From a virus (taxonomy: Duplodnaviria; Caudoviricetes): a stretch of DNA of 62,719 nt. Every line of letters starts with the position of its first letter. Within the stretch, counting starts at the first letter, position 1. This document shows positions 1-8,567 of this stretch, piece by piece. The translations under genes were made by a program, and so were the position numbers. The DNA lies in the IMG/VR virus record IMGVR_UViG_3300024187_000009, positions 1 to 62,719 of that record; one strand, written 5' to 3'. The notes beneath the pieces were generated by a model that saw only the letters and a program-made list of their open reading frames with translations, did not search any database and was not told the origin of the DNA.

Positions 1-133
1 CCTCGGCTCTCCGCGCGCGCCATCAGATCCTCGAATGATCCCGCGCCGTTGAACTGGTTGAGATTGACGTTGACCATCGGCCCGCTCTTGCTGCTCAATC
101 CCGCGCTATCGGCAAAGAACTTGAGCGCCACCG
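1..133. repeat. Terminal overlap (circular assembly), copy 1
   Basis: 8-133 is identical to 62594-62719 (126 bp); 1-7 matches 62586-62592, with one T (62593) missing from this copy. Confidence 0.95.
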
Positions 134-578
134 GATCGCCCGCGTTCTTGACCCAGCCCTGACCCCGGCACGTCTTGCACGGCTCCGTGCTCTCGTAGCC
201 TTCTTTAGAACACGTCGGGCACGGAACATTCCTGCCGACGGCCGCGATAGCGTTCGACTTCATGATCGCGGGCGCGTATTCCATCTGCTCTAGCTTCGCC
301 CGCGCCAGTTGCCACTCCGCGAATAGATTTGCCACGTCGGGCAGCTTGATCTTGCGCTGCCCGCATAGCTCCGTCAGGGTGTACTTGTTGCGGGTCGAAT
401 AAGGCACCCGCTCCAGGTCGTTCGCCAGCGCCTCAAAGCGCATATCGCCTGAGGCGAGCAGCACTTCCCGCAATACATCGGGATCGACCTTCTTCATCAT
501 CGCCGCCGCGTTCTTGTAGGTGGGCGCGGTGATACAGGCTGGCAGTTTAGGCTTACGGGGCTTTTTCGCTTTAGGCAC
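1..578 (-). CDS. Putative terminase small subunit with CxxC...CxxCxGxG zinc-ribbon insert (~200 aa; spans the join, ends at 62559)
   Basis: Hand translation from GTG 578: MPKAKKPRKPKLP...CPTCSKEGYESTEPCKTCRGQGWVKNAGDPVALKFF...PMVNVNLNQF...EMKPE*. The stop overlaps the ATG of 62326..62562; the ORF lies upstream of TerL on the same strand and is missed by the ORF track. Confidence 0.6.
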   Translation of the reverse strand, partial: MPKAKKPRKPKLPACITAPTYKNAAAMMKKVDPDVLREVLLASGDMRFEALANDLERVPYSTRNKYTLTELCGQRKIKLPDVANLFAEWQLARAKLEQMEYAPAIMKSNAIAAVGRNVPCPTCSKEGYESTEPCKTCRGQGWVKNAGDPVALKFFADSAGLSSKSGPMVNVNLNQFNGAGSFEDLMARAESR

Positions 579-840
579 TGGGCAGGATCGCGTTAGCCTT
601 GGCGGTCGCCGCGTCGATTCCAGAGAGCACAGTCTGCTGATCGGCCACGGGCACGATAGTTGCCGGATCAGGCGGCGGTTGGGGCGGGGGAATGCGCCCC
701 GGGATCGCGTCAATCGCGGCGTTGAGGGCGGTCAGTTTGGTGTTCGCGTCGTCAATGAACATGAGAATTGCTCCTTCGAGTCGTAGGATAACTGCTTCTG
801 CGCGCAAGATTACTTCGAGTAGTTCTTGTTGCTTGCTCAC
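571..840 (-). CDS. Hypothetical coiled-coil/Pro-rich protein, first gene of the packaging operon
   Basis: ORF 571..876; likely start is GTG 840, 7 nt after a -10 box; overlaps the TerS start. Confidence 0.55.
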   Translation of the reverse strand: MSKQQELLEVILRAEAVILRLEGAILMFIDDANTKLTALNAAIDAIPGRIPPPQPPPDPATIVPVADQQTVLSGIDAATAKANAILPSA

Positions 841-847
841 GCCCTCC

Positions 848-876
848 ATTGTGCGTTCGTTTTTGTGCGATTGCAA
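848..876 (-). promoter_or_regulatory. Leftward promoter TTGCAA-N17-CACAAT
   Basis: -35 at 876-871, -10 at 853-848, 17-nt spacer; mirrored by the rightward promoter. Confidence 0.5.
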
Positions 877-918
877 GCGTTTTTAAACGTAGTGAATCCT
901 AGATGAATCTGCAAAGTC

Positions 919-947
919 TTGCACCTCAACCGTTTCCATGGCACAAT
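919..947 (+). promoter_or_regulatory. Rightward promoter TTGCAC-N17-CACAAT (TGn extended)
   Basis: -35 at 919-924, -10 at 942-947, at the head of the structural operon. Confidence 0.5.
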
Positions 948-964
948 CTCAACCAGTACCTTAT

Positions 965-1372
965 ATGGTCACTGCCACTGAAACCAAAGTCCGGCTCAAG
1001 GCCACCATCGAGATTCCGGCCTCCGATCACGACGTATATTCCAGGCTTGCCGAAGTCGAGCGCAAGACCATCGATCAGGTGATGAGCGACCGGCTGACCG
1101 ATTGCGCCGACCACAACGCCATCAAGGGGATCTGGTTCGGGGACCATGAGCGCCAAGCGCTTGAGGAAGCGCTAGGAGCGAACGTCTCAAACGCGAGCGA
1201 CGTAATCGGAGCGGTTCGCAAGAACGTGCGCGTGAAGCTGAATAACACCAACGTCCTGCTCAAGCCGCAGTTGCTAGAACGGCTGCGGTCGCGGTGCTTC
1301 AACCAGGATTTCGACAAGTGGCTCTCCTCGCTGATTAATGAGCACCTGGAGCGCTACGCGAACATGCGATGA
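965..1372 (+). CDS. Hypothetical, possibly ribbon-helix-helix-like DNA-binding protein
   Basis: ATG 938 falls inside the promoter spacer, so ATG 965 is preferred; two strand-helix-helix-like segments. Confidence 0.45.
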   Translation: MVTATETKVRLKATIEIPASDHDVYSRLAEVERKTIDQVMSDRLTDCADHNAIKGIWFGDHERQALEEALGANVSNASDVIGAVRKNVRVKLNNTNVLLKPQLLERLRSRCFNQDFDKWLSSLINEHLERYANMR

Positions 1373-1674
1373 GATGGAATCAAAGATTTAGCCAAGCACG
1401 GAGCTACGTGCAACTGTACCTCAAAGCGTATTTTTACGCCTGGTTGCACCGTTTTGATGAGCCAGTGCCCGGATGGAGTTTCGAATTACGAACTCCCTTC
1501 TTTGGGGTTTGGTTCGGCAAGAATATCCCCGATCTGGGTTACCTACGGCTATGGACAGGCGTAGAATTTATGCTTCTTGCGAATACGCCAATCCGTGAAG
1601 GCGACTCCATTTACTGCTACAGTTGGCGTCGTCAAGTAATAAGCTACGACGTTTTGCTGGAGCGTTATCAGTGA
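1369..1674 (+). CDS. Hypothetical protein (aromatic-rich, lower GC, probable inserted gene)
   Basis: ATGA/GTGA overlaps on both sides. Confidence 0.5.
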   Translation: MRWNQRFSQARSYVQLYLKAYFYAWLHRFDEPVPGWSFELRTPFFGVWFGKNIPDLGYLRLWTGVEFMLLANTPIREGDSIYCYSWRRQVISYDVLLERYQ

Positions 1675-2051
1675 CCTGCCCTGAATGTGGGAAAGAAATA
1701 CGCATCGGCCAGTGGCCGTTCTGTGGAAGTTATGGTGAGCACTCCCGTCCTTATGGCCGTCAGGGTGGCACTGTTCATCCAAGCGAGCGCGCTGTGGTGT
1801 ATCGCCATCCCCTTACGGGTAAGGTGGTCTATCCGCCCCGCAACGACCAGCCCATGCAGCCGGTCTATGCCAACGCAGGCTACGAACGGGTCGAACTACC
1901 ATCGCTCCGGGACGTAGAGCGCCTGGAAAAGCAGGATAACGTGCGCTCCGATATCGCTTGGTTCGATAAGGGCACCGGAAACGCCGACAAGTTGCAGGAC
2001 GTTAAGCCTATCGACCTGACAGGATTGGAGTTCGGGACTCTTGGAGACTAA
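1671..2051 (+). CDS. Zinc-ribbon protein
   Basis: GTG 1671 gives MTCPECGKEIRIGQWPFC...H; coupled to the portal start. Confidence 0.6.
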   Translation: MTCPECGKEIRIGQWPFCGSYGEHSRPYGRQGGTVHPSERAVVYRHPLTGKVVYPPRNDQPMQPVYANAGYERVELPSLRDVERLEKQDNVRSDIAWFDKGTGNADKLQDVKPIDLTGLEFGTLGD

Positions 2052-4006
2052 TGGCCGATAATCCGCCGATTCCCGCAATCGCATCTGAAGACGACAGGAA
2101 AACCTTAGGCTGGTGCCAGGATGCGCTACTTGAAGGCGAAGGGTTCCTGAAGGCACAATCCGGGTATGACGAGATCCAATCGGGCATGGACGCCATCATG
2201 GGCATCCAGACCAATAACCCGCTCATCAAACTCTCCCGCGCCCGGTCGAACCGTACCGCCAAAATCGCCTCCGATCTCGCCGCCCTGCTCACTGATACCA
2301 AGGTTTTCTGGGAGTACAAGACCGATAACGACAAGTACGACAAGCATGTGGAGATTTTGGGCAAGCGCTCGACGGCCTGGTACTACGACCGCCAGATCGA
2401 CATGCGTTTTTCCGATATGGCGCGCTACTGGACCGTGGCGGGAACCTCCTATTCGCACCTGACCTACAATTCCGCTGTTCAGGACAGCGATTGCTCCTCA
2501 GAAGATGCCCGCGATGTCATCCCCATACGTCCTTCTGGCTATGAATCGCTCCAATCGGCCCAGGGCGTCGTAATCCGCAGAGAGCGCAGCGTCAATTACG
2601 TCAAGGAACTCTACCCCGACAAGGCCAATTTGATCGTCGCTGACCGGGATGGCTCGCTCCGAACCTCCGGTTCCGGCCCGACAGCCGAACTTTATCGCTC
2701 TTTAGGCGTCGATTCGACCCCGTTTCAGCAGGCTTTGTGGGGCGATGCGCCCAAGCGGACTATGCCGCGCATGCCAGTGGTCGATTTGTACACCATGTAC
2801 GTGCGCGACGAGCGCCGGAACGATACCTCCTCGCCGGTCATGATCGGGCAGTTCGACAAAGAGGGCAAACCGCTCAATAACTGGTCCTATATCGTCAAGC
2901 CGGGACAGCCGCTTTACCCCAACAAGCGCATGATCCAGTTCACCAAGACTGCGATCCTCTACAATTCGACCTCGATCTACTGGCACGGCATGTATCCGCT
3001 GTCGAAATTCAGTTTAGACCCGTGGCCCTGGTCTTGGCTCGGTAAAGCGCCCATTTGGGACCTGCTGCCGCTTCAGCGCATGTACGACGAGTCGCTCCGG
3101 GCGCTCAATGACCTGCTCAATAAGTATGTTCAGCCCGATCTGATCGCGGATAAGAACTCGATTTCCCGCGCCGCTCTCAATACGCTCAACACCCGCGCCG
3201 CAGGGCAGAAATTCCTGTCGAATATGATCGGCAAAGGCGTTCAGGTGCAGTATCCGAGCGCTGCCGGGTTCGATCTGGCGTTCAAAATCATCGAAATCCT
3301 GCGCGACGAGATGGACACGATCTCTGGTGTAAGGGATATGTCGCAACTGATGCGGCTAAATCAGCTTCCCGGTGCCGATACCATCGAAAAGCTCACCGAA
3401 TCCATGTCTCCTTCGGTTCGTGGCAGATCGCGCGCGATGGAAGCCTTCATCCGCGAGTTCGCTAAGATGCTGGCGTTCAATTTTGCTCAGTTTGACACCG
3501 CTTCGATGCGCTACCAGATGTTCGGCGCGGACGGCATCACTCAGGAAGATATGGACTACGATCCAGGCACGTTTATCCCCGATTATGTGAGTCCTGGAGA
3601 CTACAACTCGCGCGGGATGTTGACCGCCGAGGCAATGGCGCGCGGGCCGCTACCCAGGATGGACCGAGCCAAGATATTCATGGACCAGTTCACGTTCCAT
3701 GTGGCTCCAGGGTCGCTGCTCGCTTCAAGCGAGATCGAGCGGAAACTCATGTACCTGCAGCTGGCCTCACGCGGCATGATCGATAAGCAAACCTTGCTCG
3801 ACGTTCTGGGAATCCCCAACGTGCCGCAGATTTTGTCGCGCTTGCAGGAAGAGCAAGCCCAGATGGCGATGATGCAGGCAGGGGCGCAGGGATTGGCCGA
3901 ACAGCAGGCAGCCGGCGGGATGGAGGGACGGCCTCCTTCGTGGCAGTCTTTGCCTAAATTGCAGCAAAAAAGCGGCGGTACGCGCTCCACGATCAAGACG
4001 AGCTAA
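2051..4006 (+). CDS. Portal protein (P22-like)
   Basis: 651 aa; first large gene of the head operon; helical C-terminal half with Q-rich tail; LLPLQ..YD..L and MDTISGV motifs typical of this portal class. Confidence 0.8.
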   Translation: MADNPPIPAIASEDDRKTLGWCQDALLEGEGFLKAQSGYDEIQSGMDAIMGIQTNNPLIKLSRARSNRTAKIASDLAALLTDTKVFWEYKTDNDKYDKHVEILGKRSTAWYYDRQIDMRFSDMARYWTVAGTSYSHLTYNSAVQDSDCSSEDARDVIPIRPSGYESLQSAQGVVIRRERSVNYVKELYPDKANLIVADRDGSLRTSGSGPTAELYRSLGVDSTPFQQALWGDAPKRTMPRMPVVDLYTMYVRDERRNDTSSPVMIGQFDKEGKPLNNWSYIVKPGQPLYPNKRMIQFTKTAILYNSTSIYWHGMYPLSKFSLDPWPWSWLGKAPIWDLLPLQRMYDESLRALNDLLNKYVQPDLIADKNSISRAALNTLNTRAAGQKFLSNMIGKGVQVQYPSAAGFDLAFKIIEILRDEMDTISGVRDMSQLMRLNQLPGADTIEKLTESMSPSVRGRSRAMEAFIREFAKMLAFNFAQFDTASMRYQMFGADGITQEDMDYDPGTFIPDYVSPGDYNSRGMLTAEAMARGPLPRMDRAKIFMDQFTFHVAPGSLLASSEIERKLMYLQLASRGMIDKQTLLDVLGIPNVPQILSRLQEEQAQMAMMQAGAQGLAEQQAAGGMEGRPPSWQSLPKLQQKSGGTRSTIKTS

Positions 4007-4018
4007 AGGAGATTTTTG

Positions 4019-4477
4019 ATGAGATACGTAGCTTCAGGCATCGGCCCCGGCATGAACACAACAGCGGCGACCGCCCAAAACGTCCACCTATACAACCCTG
4101 CGGCGTCCACGATGGTGAGCGCCAAGGTGTACGAATGGTCAGCAGGGCCGCACGCTAATTCCGCCGATAATATCTACACCGTGGCGGCGCTCAGAACGTC
4201 CTCGACCGGCACCTTCACCAACGCGATCACACCCTCGGCTATAGATACGCCCACGGCCACGGCTACGTCGGTCTTCAAGAATACGTCAACCGTGGCAGCT
4301 ACGACCGGCGTTGAACTTGGACGCTGGGGCTGGCACATGCGCGGCGGCTATCGCTGGGTGTCTATCCCTGGAGGCGAACTCGCTACGGCGCTGGTATTCT
4401 CTAACGGCATAACATGGTCAACTGTGTTTGCCCAAGGCAGCGATCAGCACGACTGGTCGATATGGTTCAATGAGTGA
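4019..4477 (+). CDS. Putative virion beta-sandwich protein
   Basis: AAAGGAG RBS; Thr/Ala-rich; ends in WFNE. Confidence 0.55.
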   Translation: MRYVASGIGPGMNTTAATAQNVHLYNPAASTMVSAKVYEWSAGPHANSADNIYTVAALRTSSTGTFTNAITPSAIDTPTATATSVFKNTSTVAATTGVELGRWGWHMRGGYRWVSIPGGELATALVFSNGITWSTVFAQGSDQHDWSIWFNE

Positions 4478-4480
4478 TCC

Positions 4481-4651
4481 ATGAAAGAAACAATCACTAT
4501 CCAGGAATTTCAAGACGCCAACGACAAACTATTCAAGGAGTTGGGCGATAAGCATGGAGCCACCCCTGAGTTGCTTCACGGGATAGCCTACGCGGAAATG
4601 CTTCGGCGCAGACTCTTTGATATACCAGAAAAAGAAAAGATGGTGGCGTGA
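4481..4651 (+). CDS. Small hypothetical protein (56 aa)
   Basis: Hand translation MKETITIQEFQ...KMVA*; fills the gap and is coupled to the next ORF. Confidence 0.45.
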   Translation: MKETITIQEFQDANDKLFKELGDKHGATPELLHGIAYAEMLRRRLFDIPEKEKMVA

Positions 4652-4821
4652 TGGACCCCTGCTGCGCCGCGCACGACCGTCTTGATCTGATCCGCCACAC
4701 CGAGCAATTCACGGCACCTCTATGCGGGAGCCCGAGTCGCGAGAATGGCAAGCCCGATTACTGCTGCTTCGATTGTCCGACGCTCAAAGCCAAGCACGAT
4801 GATTCACGGCCACAAACCTAA
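4651..4821 (+). CDS. Small Cys-rich hypothetical protein (56 aa)
   Basis: MDPCCAAHD...YCCFDCP...; TGATG coupling. Confidence 0.4.
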   Translation: MDPCCAAHDRLDLIRHTEQFTAPLCGSPSRENGKPDYCCFDCPTLKAKHDDSRPQT

Positions 4822-5095
4822 CGGATACTTCGTTACCGCCGATGGCAACGGACACAAGATCGAAGGCGAGTCCCGGCAGTGCGTCCACTGTCAATACACC
4901 TGGGAGTATCATCCTGGCTCTGGAATCCAGCGCGGCTATTGCCTCAAGTGCGACGGCTTCATGTGCGCGCGACCAGAATGCCAGCAGGAGCAGATCGAAC
5001 TTTGCTCGGCGTGGCTGGCACGTACCAGCAAGGTACGGTCGTGCATACCGTTTGATGAATGGAACGGCAGAATCGCGGAGAAACTGAAAATATGA
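4799..5095 (+). CDS. Multi-CxxC zinc-finger protein
   Basis: CVHC, CLKC, CARPEC motifs. Confidence 0.6.
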   Translation: MIHGHKPNGYFVTADGNGHKIEGESRQCVHCQYTWEYHPGSGIQRGYCLKCDGFMCARPECQQEQIELCSAWLARTSKVRSCIPFDEWNGRIAEKLKI

Positions 5096-5355
5096 CCAGC
5101 GCGACGCTCTTTTTGGTTTTGCTGTTTGCGCCGCCCGATAAGTCTGTGCCAAAAATTCAGAGCGTGACCTGCCCTGCCAATTTGGTGATAGGGGCCACGG
5201 CCACTTGCACGGTCACTCTCAGCAAAGCAGCGCCCAAGGGCGGCACAGTGATCGTAACGAACTCTACTCCTGCCGTGCTCGTGACCACCTCGCCGGTCAC
5301 GGTGCCGGAGGGCAAGACATCGGTGAGTTTCCAGATCAAAGTGTCTGGAATGTAG
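5092..5355 (+). CDS. Signal/TM-anchored single Ig-like domain protein
   Basis: Hydrophobic N-terminus, then TVTLSKAAPKGG...VTVPEGKTSVSF, an Ig-like repeat unit of bacterial surface proteins. Confidence 0.6.
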   Translation: MTSATLFLVLLFAPPDKSVPKIQSVTCPANLVIGATATCTVTLSKAAPKGGTVIVTNSTPAVLVTTSPVTVPEGKTSVSFQIKVSGM

Positions 5356-5484
5356 TCAAATTCAGCAAAGCCTTAAATGGCGGAAATGGAGTCAAATTGA
5401 CTGGGGCGCAGCGGCGACCGTCGCGAATAGGGGGGAACGGGGCACTCCAGCACGCCGTCAAGCCCCGAAGGAATCCATAACAGC

Positions 5485-5865
5485 ATGGCACGCCAAATCA
5501 TTATGCTCGAAGACGTTACGCCTAATCGCGGGGCGAGCGAACCCTTGATTTACCGCTACGCGATGTGGCTCTCGGTCCCTTCCGCTAGGCAGGCGTTCTA
5601 TGCCAACGCATCAGCCACCAGCGCGGTATCGAAAGGCCCAAACGCGGCTACGGCGGGGGAACTTACAGCGATCCAAAACGGATCGATTCTTGAGGTGGTC
5701 GAGACAATCAATGTGATCGGTATGAACCTAGCGCAGATTGAAGCCGCTCTGGTTGCGCGGTTTACTCAGGCGCAGACGTTTCTGAACGGTCAGGGATCCA
5801 ATTCCTGGGACCACTACGGCACATTCTGGGATGGAGCGACTTGGACGCTCAACACGGTAGGGTAA
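5485..5865 (+). CDS. Hypothetical virion-associated protein
   Basis: 126 aa; abuts the next gene. Confidence 0.55.
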   Translation: MARQIIMLEDVTPNRGASEPLIYRYAMWLSVPSARQAFYANASATSAVSKGPNAATAGELTAIQNGSILEVVETINVIGMNLAQIEAALVARFTQAQTFLNGQGSNSWDHYGTFWDGATWTLNTVG

Positions 5866-6363
5866 ATGGCAAGCCTAGTCAAGCCTAGTTACGGAAGTAA
5901 GACGAACCTGACGATTACGCTGGCCTCGCTATCTGCAAGCGCCACAGTGGGCCGACAGGCGACCGTAGTAGACAACACGGCTGATCTGGCGCTCGACGTT
6001 TTAGTGCAGGGACAGATTGAAACTGGTACGGTAAGTGGAAATAAGCAGGTTCTTCTTTACGTGGCTGGATCGGTGGATGGGGGAACTACCTACTCAGGAG
6101 ACAACGGCGCGAACACTATCGGAGCGACAGACGCAGGGTTCACGCGGGCAGATCCAACTGGTCTAAATTTAATCGGAGTGCTCCCGTGTCCGACAAGTTC
6201 TGTGATTATGGCGTTCGGGCCGTATTCGGTGGCACAGGCATTCGGCGGGAACATGCCAGATCACTGGACTCTGGTTGTGTTTAACGATACCGGAGCAGCC
6301 TTCTCTGCGACGGGGGCAAACAATGCCGCATGGTATAAGCCTCTACAGGCGACCATAGTTTAG
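5866..6363 (+). CDS. Putative virion beta-sandwich/decoration protein
   Basis: 165 aa, Thr/Ala/Gly-rich jelly-roll-like pattern. Confidence 0.55.
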   Translation: MASLVKPSYGSKTNLTITLASLSASATVGRQATVVDNTADLALDVLVQGQIETGTVSGNKQVLLYVAGSVDGGTTYSGDNGANTIGATDAGFTRADPTGLNLIGVLPCPTSSVIMAFGPYSVAQAFGGNMPDHWTLVVFNDTGAAFSATGANNAAWYKPLQATIV

Positions 6364-6367
6364 CCCA

Positions 6368-7174
6368 ATGAGTATCATCGCTGGGCCTAAAATATGGACC
6401 AGGAAGCCCATATCCGGTAGTCAGATCAATCGAAGCCACCCCTTATCGCAGGGGATCATATCAGCCTTTCTGTTCAACGAGGGCGGATCTGCCTGTTTTG
6501 ATCTGGCCGACACGCAGGTAGCGACTACGGGCGCAGGAGCCCTGCAATGGCAGGAATCCGCCAACTTTGATGGGGCGACTTACGTCCAGCGCGGAAACCC
6601 TCCATTCTTGAGCAGTGCGGTTATAAACTTTAGCGTAACCCTAAGGATAAAATGTACATCCTCATCGCGGATGGGGATAGTCACTAACTTCGACCCAAGT
6701 TTTAACGGATTTGCTGTGGGCATGGCCGCTACAACTCCGGCAGGGCAGATAGATGCCTACTTCGCTGGATGGTACGGAGGGGCTGGTGGAACCTCCATTG
6801 CCGTTAACGATGGCAAATGGCACATTATCACCTTTACGTGTGCTGTTGGATCTCCGAATGTTGAGAAGCTATATGTTGACGGGGTATTTATAGGGTCCGT
6901 GGCCTTAGGCCCGTTCAATGGCGTTACGACCCCTTTGCAAATAGGCAAAGAGGAAACCTTTTTCTTCAGCGGACAGATCGATTTTGTGGTTTTGCATAGC
7001 CGTACATTGACATCTTCGGATGTTCTCCAGTTCCATACCTACCCGTACAGTTTCATGCAGCCGCAGTCTCCACGTCCCAGGTATTGGCTTTCGGCTAACG
7101 TAGCGCCTCCCGATACAACTGTAGATATGCCGCCCGTGGTGGTGTACTATCCTGATTTCATGATGACTACCTAA
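6368..7174 (+). CDS. LamG/ConA-like lectin domain protein
   Basis: VNDGKWHIITFT...KLYVDGV...LQIG...FSGQIDFVVLHSRTLT, the Laminin_G_3 signature. Confidence 0.85.
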   Translation: MSIIAGPKIWTRKPISGSQINRSHPLSQGIISAFLFNEGGSACFDLADTQVATTGAGALQWQESANFDGATYVQRGNPPFLSSAVINFSVTLRIKCTSSSRMGIVTNFDPSFNGFAVGMAATTPAGQIDAYFAGWYGGAGGTSIAVNDGKWHIITFTCAVGSPNVEKLYVDGVFIGSVALGPFNGVTTPLQIGKEETFFFSGQIDFVVLHSRTLTSSDVLQFHTYPYSFMQPQSPRPRYWLSANVAPPDTTVDMPPVVVYYPDFMMTT

Positions 7175-7175
7175 C

Positions 7176-7427
7176 ATGGCAAACCTACGGATTAGCGACC
7201 TAACCGCCGACACCACTCCGCAGCCCACCGATTTAGTGGTGATCGTTGACAGTCCTGGGGTGTCCAACAAGAAAGTCCAGGTTAGTCAGGCCTGCGCCAT
7301 GCTGACGAATCCAGCGGGAAGCCATACGGTGTCTCCCAACTACTCAGAAATTTGCAATCGGCAGTACACGATAGCTTCTGGAACAAAACTTACCATCGGA
7401 TCAGGCGGTCATTTCAGGGTTCTATGA
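7176..7427 (+). CDS. Small structural protein
   Basis: RISDLTA...TDLVVIVD....NKKV N-terminal motif common in fibre/spike proteins. Confidence 0.55.
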   Translation: MANLRISDLTADTTPQPTDLVVIVDSPGVSNKKVQVSQACAMLTNPAGSHTVSPNYSEICNRQYTIASGTKLTIGSGGHFRVL

Positions 7428-7428
7428 T

Positions 7429-7911
7429 ATGCACGACATTGCTGATGTCCAAACCAACGCTATCGTCGTCTCCAATGACAGCACGGAGAGAACCATCTAC
7501 TCTGTGACCGTCCCCGCCAATTCAATCAACTCAGCGACGCTTTACCAACTCCTGATGGCCGGAACCATGTCGTCGCTAGGTTCTTCTCCGGGGAATATGA
7601 CCATGCGCGTGCATATGGGGTCAACCACTGAAACGGTGTTCTCAGAAGCCCTAAACGCCGGAATCTCGTCCTCGGGGTGGATCTCAAATATCAACTGCTG
7701 GATGCTGCCTTCTGGGGTTTCCGCTTTGGGCGGGTTCTTCCTACAGAACTCAGCCGAGATTTTTTCTACAGCGGGAGGCCGGATTCACCCTGCGGCGGTC
7801 GGTGCGCAAGATTTTACAATCGACAACACGGTAAGCGTTACAATTCAGTTTGATACGGCTGATCCGGCAAACGTGTTTACGCGGGGAGTTGCGGCTTTGA
7901 TGGTGCCTTAA
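7429..7911 (+). CDS. Putative structural beta-rich protein
   Basis: 160 aa, tightly packed in the operon. Confidence 0.5.
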   Translation: MHDIADVQTNAIVVSNDSTERTIYSVTVPANSINSATLYQLLMAGTMSSLGSSPGNMTMRVHMGSTTETVFSEALNAGISSSGWISNINCWMLPSGVSALGGFFLQNSAEIFSTAGGRIHPAAVGAQDFTIDNTVSVTIQFDTADPANVFTRGVAALMVP

Positions 7912-7922
7912 TCGGACAGAAC

Positions 7923-8564
7923 ATGGCAGAACTGGACCTAACCAACATCGCCAGCACCTCGATTTCTACCCCCGCCTCGGGCGTCTCCGCCGTCTACGTC
8001 GATAACGTCACCAAGACGCTGAACGCCAAGATAGACACAGGCACAATCCTGAGCGAGCAGATCACCAATAGCGGATCTACTGCCGCGCAGACTCCAGCCG
8101 CTACGACCAGGACCTACATAACCGGAACTAAGTTAGCGGTAGGGGCCGGAAAACTTCAGGTTGGCTCCATGTTCCGGTGGCGCTGGAATATGACCAAAAC
8201 GGGAGCCGGAACCTCTGCCAGCACGATTGACGTGGCTGTAGGAACGGCTGGGACCACCGCCGATACAGCGCGGCTTTCCTTCACTAAGCCTGCTGGTACG
8301 GGCGTAATTGACGAAGCATGGTGCGAAGTGACGGCGATTGTGCGCGGTCCACTGTCTGCTTCTGGAGTTATGGTCGGTGAGTTCACCATGGGCCACAATT
8401 TGTCAGCTACAGGGCATGCCACTATCCCCTACGTCGCGGTGAACACGGTTTCCGGTACGTTCGATGTTACCGTAGCGAACCTGTTCCTGGGGGTCTGTAT
8501 CACTACGGGCTCGCTCGATGTAATTACCATCCAGTTCGCCACTGGAGAAGCCTGGAATATCTAG
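7923..8564 (+). CDS. Putative structural Thr-rich protein
   Basis: 213 aa, very Thr/Ser-rich. Confidence 0.55.
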   Translation: MAELDLTNIASTSISTPASGVSAVYVDNVTKTLNAKIDTGTILSEQITNSGSTAAQTPAATTRTYITGTKLAVGAGKLQVGSMFRWRWNMTKTGAGTSASTIDVAVGTAGTTADTARLSFTKPAGTGVIDEAWCEVTAIVRGPLSASGVMVGEFTMGHNLSATGHATIPYVAVNTVSGTFDVTVANLFLGVCITTGSLDVITIQFATGEAWNI

Positions 8565-8567
8565 GCC

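Noticed and set aside
1-133. Terminal repeat as a biological direct terminal repeat
   Set aside because: It falls in the middle of a coding sequence, is about one assembly k-mer long, and the 1-nt difference in the first copy would frameshift the ORF; best explained as circular-assembly overlap with an end error.
4651-4821. Phospholipase A2 (DxCCxxHD motif)
   Set aside because: The motif is at the extreme N-terminus of a 56-aa ORF, with no calcium loop or second catalytic helix.
5354-5484. Riboswitch in the gap after the Ig-like gene
   Set aside because: Only a short AGTCA/TGACT hairpin and a 9-bp repeat; no recognisable aptamer consensus.
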